From assembly GCA_002633005.1 (NCBI GenBank), contig NMRA01000737.1:108811-172810 (forward strand): a DNA stretch of 64,000 nucleotides. The letters run 5' to 3'. The DNA comes from Phoronis australis. Taxonomy: Eukaryota; Animalia; Phoronida. A program made the position numbers and the translations under genes. A model generated the notes under the pieces. The model ran no database searches, was not told the DNA's origin, and saw only the letters and a list, made by a program, of their open reading frames with translations. Shown one piece after another: positions 12,053 to 24,289 of the stretch. Numbering within the stretch: position 1 is the stretch's first letter; each line of letters starts with the position of its first letter.

Positions 12053-12516
12053 CCTTCCACTACCGTGATTTCTTGTGGTGTAGCATGATTTTAACATTTG
12101 CGCCAGAGCTTAAAGGAGTGTCACACAAGAAACAGTCTGCTGTGCATGGTCATACTTTACATTGACATATGATATCTATCTGACGCGCCACCTATAGTGA
12201 AAAGTGGNTAAGAGTTGTCCTATGCTAGTTTCGTGGAGTTCCATCCACATTTGAGTAGAAAATTCTTAGCAAACAGATTTCGAGTGTCCAACCTTTATGT
12301 TTTCTTATATATATTATTGACTGACATCATTTGCAATAAACCCAAGCGCCTGTGCCTTCCACTACCGTGATTTCTTGTGGTGTAGCATGATTTTAACATT
12401 TGCGCCAGAGCTTAAAGGAGTGTCACACAAGAAACAGTCTGCTGTGCATGGTCATACTTTACATTCATTTTTGACATATGATATCTATCTGACGCGCCGC
12501 CTATAGTGAAAAGTGG
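11911..12516. repeat. ~300-bp tandem duplication across an N join (probable assembly overlap or haplotype artefact)
   Basis: 11911-12207 is nearly identical to 12213-12516, with N at 12208; the copies differ by a 7-bp indel and a few substitutions. Confidence 0.85.
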
Positions 12517-12880
12517 CCCTGTAGAAACATGATAAACGACACACGGAATTCCATGTGTAAGCACCAATGCGCATGCTTGGTCGGAATTACCGATCACATC
12601 GCCACCAGTTGCACACCCTCCTATGCACTCTACTTGCTTGGGCTTAAACTACTGGATCGGGGGTTTTCTTGATTTTGTTCACTTCGATCATTGCCCGTAT
12701 TAATAAACTGCAGCTATTCAAGTCAAAGGTAGTCGCCATAATACGTAACTGAAAGGGGTTTCCCAAATTTCAACCAATGGGAATGACTGAATGTTATGAC
12801 GTTGGTTTCATTACTTTAACCAATGAGAAGCCATGTTCAACAACATTCCCAGTGCTATCTTCTGTAATACTGTGCATTAA
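12480..12880 (+). repeat. Dispersed repeat homologous to 19325-19700 and 20935-21250
   Basis: Shared blocks CTGACGC..GCCACC..GAAAAGTGGCCCTGT, CAATGCGCATGCTTGGTCGGAA, CTATTCAAGTCAAA and CCAATGAGAAGCCATGTT. Confidence 0.75.
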
Positions 12881-13326
12881 CCTGAACTATCATTGCTCCC
12901 ATACAGAATCGACACTTCCTTGACGTAAACGTAACACAAAAATATGAGATGTATTAAATACTCGTAAACTGGATATGTATTTTATGACAACATTCATCAA
13001 TAGCCAACAGTCCTGTACAGGGCTTTATGGGGCCTACATTTGATATGACTACACGGACGTATCCTCCGCCACCCATCACTACAAGCACTACCAACCACAA
13101 TCTGGACCAACACACCATTGCCACCACCACTGTCACGTGGTGAATATGTTGCCGGTAGGCGGTTGAAACAACACAGTTTGATTTGGATATAATAATGAGT
13201 ATATTGACTTAATATTTAAATTTCCCTAAATGAACGATCGTAAAGATTTACTAAGAAGGTTAAATTAATCCGCATGTGATTAAGTTTCACGTTCCTGGAG
13301 TCTGCCTTGGATCCATGCAGTGTTAC

Positions 13327-13413
13327 ACTTATTGTGAGGAGTTTCCTCTTCCCTTGATCATGCGATCCTGTTTTCCAAGCAGTCGTCACTTGATCAAATG
13401 CTTCGGAGCTATC
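13327..13413 (-). CDS. Candidate second coding exon of CTHRC1-like gene A
   Basis: CTTTAG|GAT...AGT|GTAACA, phase 0/0, DSSEAFDQVTTAWKTGSHDQGKRKLLTIS; weak similarity to the candidate exon at 35548 (AF..TT.W, R[KR]LLT). The donor site is weak. Confidence 0.35.
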
Positions 13414-13519
13414 CTAAAGTTCAGTCCATCGAACACCATGCATGTTAACATGAATTCAGTTCATCGAATTCTAGATACAGTGTATCCCCTTGAAATTCAG
13501 TCAATCGAATTTCTATAAC

Positions 13520-13655
13520 TTGTGATATTTCTCAGAAAACCAGTAGCATCTCTTCAAGAATATCTGCTATATCTCAGTAACAAGCCGGTTGCCTCTCTTC
13601 AAGAAATATTTGATATTTCTATAGCAATCTGGTTGCCTCTCGTCAAGAAAAATAT
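13520..13655. repeat. Degenerate ~45-bp tandem repeat x3
   Basis: Recurrent (G)GTTGCCTCTC(T/G)TCAAGAA-TAT unit. Confidence 0.65.
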
Positions 13656-14494
13656 GCCTTCTTGAGTAGCTAACAGTATACTAATACTCAAACAGAATAA
13701 AGGTGGGCGAGTTAGATCAAAACATAAAACCCACAAACTTCCTCCAAATGCTACCCATAGTTCCAAAACAACTCTCGGAATAACATCTTGGGATTCCAAC
13801 TATGAAGCTAAGCCTTCACAAAATATGGTGTTGGACAGACAAACCTTGCAAAAATTGCTAATAAATAGTAACAAAACTATTGTTGTTGCCATGACTCGAT
13901 CACCCCAAAGTTGACCAATTCCGGTGAATTTAAAGTTTTATCACTCTGCTAGCATAACATAACATTAACACATTGTCAAAGACAAATATGCTGATTCATT
14001 TCCTATGCGGATTAAGGGGGGCAGCCACCCTGGCTGCCGCAAGCAAAAATGAAACGGCAACAGAGTGAAGCGTGAGCAAAAATATTGAGTATTGAATTCA
14101 ATAACGAGGACCGGTAGCGGATGAAAGGGGGGGGGGGTGGGCTCAAACCAAGATCGCGCACGAATCGTGTTCCCGTTTCTTTGTTTTTTTTGTTTTTTCT
14201 TTTTTAGTCCACCGACAAATTTACCGGACAGAAAGTCCGCATGCCCGGCCCCCGCAACTTTCGTGCTTCCTGTGCACGTACGCTCGCGCTTTGACCAATT
14301 CCCCGAGGCAACATGTTGGGGCGCCCTTTTATGGTATCCTAGATTCGCCACTGCCATAGGAGGCAATAAATTTCAGTAAACAATTAATTACGCAACAACC
14401 ACTATATACTTAATTAATACTAATACTTTTCGTACAATGTTATTATCATGTACTTCGTTAATCTAAGTTGGAGAGTATCTGTATCATATTTTAA

Positions 14495-15654
14495 AGGCAA
14501 AGGCAACCTTTTTTCATGTCACTTTCAGCACAAATAAGGTTCGTTGATTATCCCAGACACATTTTTCACTTAATTACATCTATTCGTAATTTGATTAATT
14601 TATCGTCCTCTACTCCGGAAGTGACGTTTTGGTAGGCAAGAGTTTCGCGCCAATTTCTTTTCATTGTAGTCTGACTTTGAGGGCTGTCGAGTCAGTCATT
14701 GTTCTACCTCAGTTGTGATAAGTTCGCTCGTCGTTTGCTGTTGTTTACAAGTCAGTCAATATGCCACGCTGTTGCTGCGTGCCGGGATGTACTCATTATC
14801 GTCTCACACGTGCTTTATGTACCTTGCGTCGCTTTCCGAAGGATGACACACTTCGACGTACTTGGCTAGCTCGTTCATGTGAAGAACGAAGCCCTACCCG
14901 TCTACGCAACGCACAAAGCAGTGGAGGGTTACCGAGTGTGGCAAGCATTTTCTGCCGTCAGATTACGACAGAGATATGTACGCTGAATTGATGAAGGTCC
15001 CTGCTAAATAACGCCTGAAGAAGGGTACCATACCGTCGCTGTTGATTCCCGGCAGTGCCCCGTCGCCAACCCCGAGAAGTGCGTTTTTGAAGCGAGAAGC
15101 CTCGCGAGCTGTGGCCACTATATACAGTAACTGGAGGCACCTTATCTACTGTCACCCGTGCCTCCGAATGTACCCCATTGCATGCAATTCCGGGAACTAG
15201 TAGTGATTCGTCCTGTGCTGTTGTCTCTAACCCAGAGCCTGTAAGCAGCCCTGCAGCGATGTTGAGTAGTGGGAGTGAATACAGGCCCATTTCTACACCC
15301 AGTGAAGAGGACAGTACGTGAGACGATAATGAGTACACCCTAGTGAGACGATAACGAGTACACCCTAGTACGCAGCAACAGCGTGGCATGTTGACTAACT
15401 CGCAAGCAAAAGCAAACGACGACCAAACTTATGACAACCGAGGTAGAACAATGACTGACTCGACTGCTCTCACAGTCAGACTATATGAAAAGAAATTGGA
15501 GCGAAATTCTTGCCTCCCAAAACGTCACTTCCGGAGTAGACGACGAGTAATTAATTAAATTACGAAAAGCAGTAAATAAGTGAAAAAGATGTCTGGGATA
15601 ATAAACGAACCTTATTTTTGCTAAAAAGAACATGAATAAAGGTTGCCTTCGCCT
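14495..15654. mobile_element. Kolobok-type non-autonomous element: TTAA TSD and ~300-bp TIRs that each contain the start of a THAP ORF
   Basis: TTAA|AGGCAAAGGCAACC ... GGTTGCCTTCGCCT|TTAA; 14495-14790 is inverted at 15360-15654; MPRCCCVPGC starts at 14761(+) and MPRCCCVLGC at 15389(-). Confidence 0.85.
14761..14970 (+). pseudogene. Frameshifted THAP zinc-finger domain (transposase N-terminus)
   Basis: MPRCCCVPGC...LRRFPKDDTLRRTWL, then in another frame WRVTECGKHFLPSDY: C-x-V-x-GC, FP, W and C-x-x-HF motifs. Confidence 0.85.
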
Positions 15655-15686
15655 TTAATGATAAATAAATGACATGTTCATCCTAC

Positions 15687-15749
15687 ATAAACTCTCCCCG
15701 TAACAACCAACACCAAGATAACAAACAAAACTGTAGAAGAATTAACCAT
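15687..15749 (-). CDS. Candidate first (signal peptide) exon of CTHRC1-like gene A
   Basis: ATG-initiated MVNSSTVLFVILVLVVTGRVY followed by a phase-0 GTAGGA donor; hydrophobic core as expected for secreted CTHRC1. Confidence 0.5.
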
Positions 15750-16713
15750 CAGTTTTTTTCCAAAATATTCACGCACATACGGACCATTCGTTTTCCACGG
15801 ACAATGATTTCCCAAACGCGTCAAGCTAAAACGCTAGTACTTTCCCTGGCAGAAAAAACCTCACTTACTTGTGTACGAAGGGCTATAAATGCCACATTTG
15901 TAGACGCCTTTTTGGTGTTTTCGCAACCGTTTTCGTTCATGTAGACAGCTTACACGCACATGGGATAGAGGCCTTTGTTTATGGTGGCAATCAATAGCTT
16001 TTTTCAGCCACGGTAGAATTTAGTGGCACCAATTTCACTAAAAATAGGCGCCTGTTGTTATGAATTGTATGCTGATTTTTGAAACAGTTCTGACAGAAAG
16101 AGTGCCAATTATTGACCCCGTTGGCTCATTTCTCCGGTCGTGGCTTTTCTGAGCCTTCATTGCTTCCCAGAAGGAAGTTGAAATTGAGCAAAAATTCAGG
16201 TATTTCTCAGACACATTGGACCTGAAAAAATCAAGCTGGTCGACATCCCCATTCCTCAAGATCAAAATTTCTATAACATTGACTTTTCGCGGTCTGAATG
16301 CAATATTACTTACTAGCTCGCCAGAGGCCGCGAAGTCCGGTTACCCATCACAGAACCATCAGGGCAAAAGTTGTACAATGACAATGATTCGAATAATGTA
16401 TTTGAATATCTGAATAACGATTCCCCTAACATCTGACCATAGGATATAAAATCGAGTTATTGTTTCACAACAGCTTTCTGTCAGAAAGCACTAAATTAGC
16501 ATGCTCTCACACGGCCTTTGCTTTATTATACCTAAAGCCGGTAACGCAGTGATTTATTCATTGCTGGCTTCTGAAAACATTTTGCACTTACGAACACTCC
16601 AAAGCATTACAAATTGTATCTAATGAGACATACTTTGTTTCAGTTTTATATAAGTATTGGTTAGGATGAGAATAATTCATTTTGAAACAGAACACTCAGT
16701 AATAAACGTCGAC

Positions 16714-17630
16714 GTGGCAACTCGCAATCCCGACTTTAAGACGAGTGCTCGAGAACGAGCACAGACAACGGAATATATGAAGTTTCGAAAACCGTTTGAA
16801 TGACTTGTCCTGGTATCAGTGAGCTAACTGCATTATGATGGAAACAACTGACGCTTGCGTTTGCAGCCCCGAAATTCCGCAAGTGAAACGCCTTCTTGGA
16901 GACGCGTAATAATGTGTCTCACGGACCATCCTAATTTTGCACCGCATCTAAACAGAGGTGTATGGTGGGCCGTTGAGGGGAAAGTGTCGCCGTAAAATTA
17001 CGCTCGTAATTACGAGCGTAAATTAAATTTCAGGAGTGTCGCCGTACAATTACGCTCGTAAATTAAATGGGAAAAGTTTTGCCGTAAAATTACGTTCGTA
17101 ATTACGAGCGTAAGTTAAATTTCAAAAGTGTTGCGGTAAATTATATGGGGTAAATGTCGCCGTAAATTGCGCTCGTAAAATACCTTAAGAACGTTCCAAA
17201 TTCAAACCAATCAGTGATGACCAAACATACATGTACACGACTGTTGCTAGGCAGCTCGTTCTTTCACAATCGCTGACATGGCAGCAGCGATTTGATCCGC
17301 CATGATTCAGCGCTCGTATCGTAGACATGAAACCCGCCAGTAAATAAGTATTTCCATGCGCGCGTGCGATCTTGGATTGTAAAACCCAACGTCATTGGCT
17401 AAGAGTTTAAACTAAATTACGAGCGCAATTTTACGCCGTAAAGAATTAAATTACGCTCGAATTTTACGGTGTAAATAACGGCGTAATGTACACAATTACG
17501 CTCGTATTTTTCCCGCGATACTTTCCACTCAACAGCCCATCATAGAGGTGTGCTTACGACGTTGTTTAGGGCTGAGAAAAAGACCTGGCAAAACATTCTC
17601 CACCCAGAGGACCAAACAGAAGCCTGACGA
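16714..17630 (+). pseudogene. KolX / P2X7 C-terminal-like Cys-rich domain remnant, split by a MITE
   Basis: ENRLNDLSWYQ*ANCIMMETTDACVCSPEIPQVKRLLG..MCLTDHPNFAPHLNRGV[MITE]LTTLF fits the R-x-W-CxCxxC-xxM-x-ECxCCxEI...C-x-T-x-HPxF..LN..VL pattern. Confidence 0.75.
16961..17544. mobile_element. 584-bp MITE with ~30-bp TIRs and many internal TTACGCTCGTAA/TTACGAGCGTAA motifs
   Basis: TATGGTGGGCCGTTGAGGGGAAAGTGTCGC vs inverted TATGATGGGCTGTTGAGTGGAAAGTATCGC; TSD GAGGTG (extendable to AGAGGTGT); removing it restores NRGVL. Confidence 0.9.
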
Positions 17631-17749
17631 ACGAATCAGTCATCAAACTGTGTACATCATGTATATTAAAACGTTATGTTCTCACACCTTGAATTAATCG
17701 TAATTCTTTATGTTTTCACGGCCAACTACAATTCTCTATAATCAAAATC

Positions 17750-17930
17750 TGATCAACAACCGATCTGCGTTTCTTGGTCTCCTGTCTGCCGAACGCAAAC
17801 AAACTAGGCACAACATCTAACTTCAGCCTCAGTCTCTTTTTCTGCCCTAACATGAGCTGTTTGGTAAGCCGGCATTCGATCCTAAGTGAAATCACTGTAG
17901 ACGAAATGCCGACCACTGACAGACAGGGGG
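17750..17930 (-). pseudogene. THAP domain C-terminal remnant
   Basis: SVSGRHFVYSDF then, after a frameshift, KKRLRLKLDVVPSLF, equivalent to the C-x-x-HF and LK-x-AVPTIF motifs. Confidence 0.7.
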
Positions 17931-18791
17931 AAGTTTCACAGCATCATACTTGGTATTTTAATACCAAGTGAAGAATGAAAGGTACGCCTTTAAAACGGCG
18001 TACACATGTACTTTTCATTCTTCACTACCGCAAGCCACTTCCGAAGCATTATGCGCTCTCGAGGAAATCAAAAAAATAATATACCCGCCTCCCGTTCATT
18101 AACGCTAGGACCTCGCTAAAAAACAAGACTTCGCGAGATTAGGTGACATATCGCCGTGTATTTTAATTGAGAACACGTGACTTTGACTAGGTTTTAGCTA
18201 GGTCCTAGCGCAGGTCCTAGCGTCTACTGAACGCACGTCCGCTCACCTCGTAGCTTCATAGTTCGCACAAACGGGAATGGTACCCCACACCATAGCGGCA
18301 CCCCTGACGTCGCTGCGTCGTTTCTCACCTTCCTCACAGGTTAATGTGCCACCTCTCGGCGAGGTAAGATCGACCGTATACGAGGTGATGTGGATATAGA
18401 CCGATTAAGACGGTAAAAAGACTAAATTAAATCGGGTGGCATTCTCCTTTAAGTGCCACCTTATGGGAAAACGTTGAAGTGTTTTGACGTCCGATTTCGC
18501 TTAAAAGTAAATTGTTGGCGAAAATGAGCCCTTGCGGACACTCATGTGAGCCTAATTTGAAATATTTTGAAATGTCCTTTTACTGGCGAAAAGCTGAAAA
18601 TTTTACCCACATTTGGAATGCCTGCGCCCCGTGCTCGGGGTAAATATGACACTGGTACGGTAGCAGTTGATCATTTGCTTCATTTTAATTGTAATGTATC
18701 CCTCTTCTACACCTTCGATGTGTCGTATCACTTTTATCCGAATCCGGGGGGCACATAAATTTCCACACCGAACCGTCCATATTTTAAATTA

Positions 18792-21700
18792 TTGGGGGAG
18801 ATGGTCCCCCGCTTCCTGTGACCGTGTACGCTGGCGGCCACCTTTTTGAAACCAAGACAACTCTGGCCAATTTGCTTGAGGCACAAAAATGTCCAACTTT
18901 TTTAAAACCTTGGGACAATGAAATAAAAATCATGATCGTTTTCAAATCAAACAGCCCACAAACAGTTATTCATCAACTCTATAATAGTATTTCCTTCGAA
19001 ATTCCAATTTTTATGGACAGGTTTCATTGCAACGTTTAAGTCTCGCTTAAACCTTACAGTAGGCCTACTACGTGACAGGAGCCGCATATTTCTGTAAAAA
19101 CATGCTTTGCAAGACCGGATTGAATTTTTTCAAGTCTGGAACTATTACCCTCAGGGGGAGCGTAATTTGAGCTTTGCGGGTTACATCTCCTGTAGTGTGC
19201 TGTCCGACCGAACCTGAAGTTCTGAATTTTTGTTCCGGCCTATATACTTACTACTCAAACAATGGAATGTGACGCCAGCTGCTAACATAAATGAAATCTG
19301 ATATTGTTAGTGTTAAGAGCTTATTTCCCCTCTGACGCAGCGCCACCAGTGCTTAAAAGTGGTCATGTGGAATTACATGTGTGGGCATCAATGCGCATGC
19401 TTGGTCGGAAATTTACCCGTCACGTCGCCACCACTTGCACACTGTACATGTAGTTGTTTGGGCTTAGCCAAGGATCGGGGTTCCTTGACTTTGTTTACTT
19501 CGATCACTACCCGTTTTTGATAAATTGCAACTATTCAAGTCAAATGGGGTCGCCATACAACGCGACAATGAACTAAAAGATGTTTTCCAGATTTCAACAA
19601 ATGTTAATGACTGGATATTATGACCTCGGTTTCATTACTTTATCCAATGAGAAGCCATGTTAAACAACATCCCACAGTGCTTCCTTTCGTAGCACTGTGG
19701 AAGAGTGTAGACCTTATTTCGGTTTGCATTTGAGCCTGGAATGCAGAGTGGTACAATTTCAACAACTGGAATTTTGATGTAGTACGTTTACAGTCATTTT
19801 GTCATTTTTTATTAATTTCAGTTAGTTTGTGAGAGAAAAATTCTGTTAACAGCCTACGCAATACATCGCCTGTTTGTGTACGCTGACGTACAGGCGACGA
19901 CGCGACCATGCACAGTCAAACATTGTGCAGTGCAATCGTCCCCCATTTACTGTTTTGTCCACATATGCAAAGTATAGGTCAGCTAAAAACAAATGTTATG
20001 TGTTCGCTGCAACAGCCAAATATCTGTACCGCCCCAAAGTGACCGATGGCGTGTTTTTTTTTTCCTTTTTAGTCGAAAGGGAAATTGTGAGTGCGCAAAA
20101 TCTATGAAACTACCTGTTTCTTCTTCTTAAACGAACGGGAAAATGGGGCTTTGTGGCGTGGAAAACTACAACAGTGTGTCAAAAATGAAACAACGTGATG
20201 GTGTGACGGGATAAGAGGGATAATACGCGAAGAGCGGGAAAGTTGGCAAGTATAATGTACGCTGTCGGTAATACAAAGTATTAAATAAGATTATTTTACA
20301 ATTAGGTAAACTTTTCAGTGTTCAAATTTTGTTTCACATGTAAAGGTAAATACTACAGATATCATTAAAGCTCAACAGGAAAGCATTGCACCAATGAATT
20401 GTAATAGAGACAATTGAAAATAGTGATAATCTATGCATGCATATACATGACTGTATATATAACTGCATACACACACTTAGTTACGCAAATAAATACACGA
20501 GAATTTTTTCGAATGTTAATAAAGCAACATTAATATGACCCTTTCATTTATACTTGCAGAAAGNTTGGGGGAGGTGGTCCCCCGCTTCTTGTGACCGTGT
20601 ACGCTGGCGGCTACCTTTTTGAAACCAAGACAACTCTGGCCAATTTGCTTAAGGTACAAAAATGTCCAACTTTTTTGAAACCGTGGGACAATGAAATAAA
20701 AACCATGATCGTTTTCAAATCAAACATCCCACAAACAGTTAATCATCAACTCTATTTCTCGCTTAAACCTTACAGTACTATTACCGTCAGGGGGAGCGTA
20801 ATTTGAGCTTTGCGGGCTACATTCCCTGCAGTGTGCTGTCCGACCGAAACTGAAGTTCTGAATTTTTGTTCAATGGAATGTGACGCCAGCTGCTAACAGA
20901 AATGAAATCTGATTTTGTCAGTGTTAAGAGCTTATTTCCCCTCTGACGCAGCGCCACCTATGCTGAAAAGTGGCCCTGTGGAATTACATGTGTAGGCATC
21001 AATGCGCCACCACTTGCACACTGTAGTTGTATGGGCTTAGCCAAGGATCGGGATTCCCTTGACTTTGTTTACTTCGATCACTACCCGTTTTGGTAAATTG
21101 CAACTATTCAAGTCAAATGGGGTCGCCATTCTACGCGACAGTGAACTGAAAGAAGTTTTCCAGATTTCAACAAATGTTAATGACTGAATATTATGACCAA
21201 TGAGAAGCCATGTTAAACAACATTCCACAGTGCTACCTTTCGTAGCACTTTGGAAGAGTGTAGACCTTATTTCGGTTTGCATTTGAGCCTGGAATGCAGA
21301 GCGGTACAATTTCAACAACTGGATTTTTGATGTAGTACGTTTACAGTCATTTTGTCATGAGAGAAAAATTCTGTTAACAGCCTACGCAATACATCGCATG
21401 TTTGTGTACGCTGACGTACAGGCGACGACGCGACCATGCACAGCCAAACATTGTGCAGTGCAATCGTCCCCCATTTACTGTTTTGTCCTAATATGCAAAG
21501 TATAGGTCAGCTAAAAACAAATGTTATGTGTTCGCTGCAACAGCCAAATATCTGTACCGCCCCAAACTGACCGACGGCGTGTTTTTTTCCTTTTTAGTCG
21601 AAAGGGAAATTGTGGGTGCCGCAAAATCCAGGAAACTTCCTGTTTCTTCTTCTTAAACGAACGGGAAAATGGGGCTTTGTGGCGTGGAAAACTACAACAG

Positions 21701-22089
21701 TGTGTCAAAAACGAAACAACGTGATGGTGTGACGGGATAAGAGGGATAATACGCGAAGAGCGGGAAAGTTGGCAAGTATAATGTACGCTGTCGGTAATAC
21801 AAAGTATTAAATAAGATTATTTTACAATTAGGTAAACTTTTCAGTGTTCAAATTTTGTTTCACATGTAAAGGTAAATACTACAGATATCATTAAAGCTCA
21901 ACAGGAAAGCATTGCACCAATGAATTGTAATAGAGACAATTGAAAATAGTGATAATCTATGCATGCATATACATGACTGTATATATAACTGCATACACAC
22001 ACTTAGTTACGCAAATAAATACACGAGAATTTTTTCGAATGTTAATAAAGCAACATTAATATGACCCTTTCATTTATACTTGCAGAAAG
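18792..22089. repeat. ~1.5-1.8 kb tandem duplication across an N join (probable uncollapsed haplotypes)
   Basis: 18792-20563 is repeated at 20565-22089 with N at 20564; several indels in the 5' part and a near-identical 3' part. Confidence 0.85.
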
Positions 22090-24289
22090 AAACTCTCAGA
22101 CACCAAATGTCACTTCTTTCCGTAAAACACTTTAACATAATTTAACACGCAAAATGTTTCCCTGAAAACTGGCATGTAGTCAGATAGGTTGTCGTAAGTG
22201 GCTCGCAAAGATATCAGGTCAGAGGTCAGGTTGTTGTAGGTTCCCAGCCAGGGCCATGGATAGGTCCGTTTAAAGATTGGTCAGTGTAATTGTCGGGTTT
22301 ATTGACTAATTTTGTTGACAAATCGCTGGTTGTGTGGAACCGCACATCAAGAATCTCGTTTGTTGATTCCATTATGAACAAAAATGACAAAATGAAATTG
22401 AAGCAATGAAATTAGGCAACGTTTCAAAACTACATCACTCGATCAAAATTCCGGGGAGCAGACAACCGGAAGTCAACAGAGCAAACTCTTTTGTCAGTCC
22501 AGTGAAGTCTCGGGGGTTGCGAGGTCCAACACTTGAATGCAAGAGTAATGGCCACGAGTTGGCATTCTATGCCTAGAGTTCTATAACAAGACTAAGAAGG
22601 ACTCCATCGTCAAGTCTGTTTAAAAATCCCGAATAAGTGACAGTGCTGATTATTCGTCATAATCAATTGCTTCTCAAAGGTAGATGTTTTTGATAGAAAA
22701 CACGAACAAAAATATGGTTAGAGTATATTTTTATTAGTGAACGTGAAAGTTTTGCTTCTGGAATTAATGTACGACTAGTAAAAAAAATTTGAAATTCCGG
22801 TGTAAACAAAACTTTGTAATGACACCCAAATTAGAGAACCAGTAAAATGTACCACCGAACATATTATTTGTATTACGGTAAAAAATGTGCATGAATTGAA
22901 AGAAGCGCGATATATTCATGCAGCGTTAACTCTTGCTCAGTAATTTTTTATTTGCTCTTTGTTATGAGGTCATAAACTTTCGTTTTCTCTACAAAAATTG
23001 TGCAACTTCAGATGCACTGACTTCTCGAATATCAAATGTTTGTTGACATGTCGATAAGATCGTTCGCTGGCCAAGGAAGCAGGTCACGAAAACACACGTT
23101 GGTTGCATAGGTGATGGTTACTACGTCAGAGCCTGTTCATAAGGCAAACAACATTCGACCTTGTTTGAGGATCATACATGCCAATGGAAACAAAACATAT
23201 TTGCCTCCAGAAGTTCATACACTCGTTTAAGAAATTGCAGTCATACTGTTGTCTTTCCACATAGTGCAAACCGTTTCTATTAAATCTTCTGTTAACTAGA
23301 GGTTCCCGAGTAAACACGTGCAGCCCCGGATGCTGAAGTTGTTATTTTGCTCTGACAACTACAAATATGCGTTTGATTTAGAGCACAAGTGGGCTACTTA
23401 CGCATACTAAACTGCAAACCTCACCTCCCCGCGAGTAGTCTGATGACAGGTGCCGACCCACAGCAATAATAAAGCCATTAGTGCTCTCATCATATTGTTA
23501 CACAACGGCGAAATCCTGTTTTGTCAGCCTCTCGGGAGAATCTAAAGTTGCGAAATTATAAGACACAGGTCAACTACATGACCTGCAATTCCTGGAAGGA
23601 GAGGGCTACTAGAAACAGGATTTTGACCTAGTTGTAACAAGTTAACAAGTTGCCAACAAGTCCTGCTTGGAACCACTGCTAGATGGCGTTGCTAGGCTGT
23701 CTGTCGGCTTCTCAATTGTTGGGAACTGGACCCAGTTACATATATCGCGAGACATTAACTTGCACTCACGGCGAAAACAAACTCGAACAAATGAGAAACA
23801 TTACGAGAGCGTAATCTGCACTCTCTTTCATGCAAGAGAATTATTTTATTGTTTGAATATTTTTGGTTGACGCAAGGTTAAAACGTTCATTCTCCTCAGT
23901 GCATCACCAGACGTCTGACAGGAGACAAATCATATGCTAACATTTGGGGTTTTGGTACCCCAACGCCTATAAAGCGATCTCGGCTGAGCCAGACTCTGAC
24001 TAACCCGTCCCAATCGAATAACAAATTAACACTCTTGGCTTAGCCGCGAAAAAAAATATTCGGTAATTTCTCATAGAATGCACCGATTTGAAAAATTCAA
24101 CTACAACTACTATTTACTTTTCAGTTTTAAAAACAGTTATGTTAATGAGCGTTTGCCTTCATACGCTTAACAGGCGTGTTGGTTTACGACGCCGTTATTT
24201 CATAAAGCACGTTCAGCCAAGCCCATGAATAGGGACTAGCTCCGACTCCAGTCCGTGACGGCGCCATCAACTGAACCTTATCGCTGGAT

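Larger units (their letters stand above)
16330..18448. mobile_element. Decayed Kolobok-type transposon, copy 1 (KolX-like remnant on +, THAP remnant on -, one TIR with TTAA)
   Basis: Right end GGGTGGCATTCTCCT|TTAA; 16340-16750 is an inverted homolog of 24550-24990; contains the two coding remnants listed separately. Confidence 0.75.

Noticed and set aside
14958-15389. 143-aa minus ORF beginning MPRCCCVLGC as a real THAP gene
   Set aside because: Only the first ~15 codons are THAP-like (part of the TIR); the rest is antisense to the plus-strand remnant.
16980-17520. CRISPR-like array of repeated palindromic motifs
   Set aside because: Irregular spacing, both orientations, no unique spacers, no cas genes, eukaryotic context; explained as MITE subterminal repeats.
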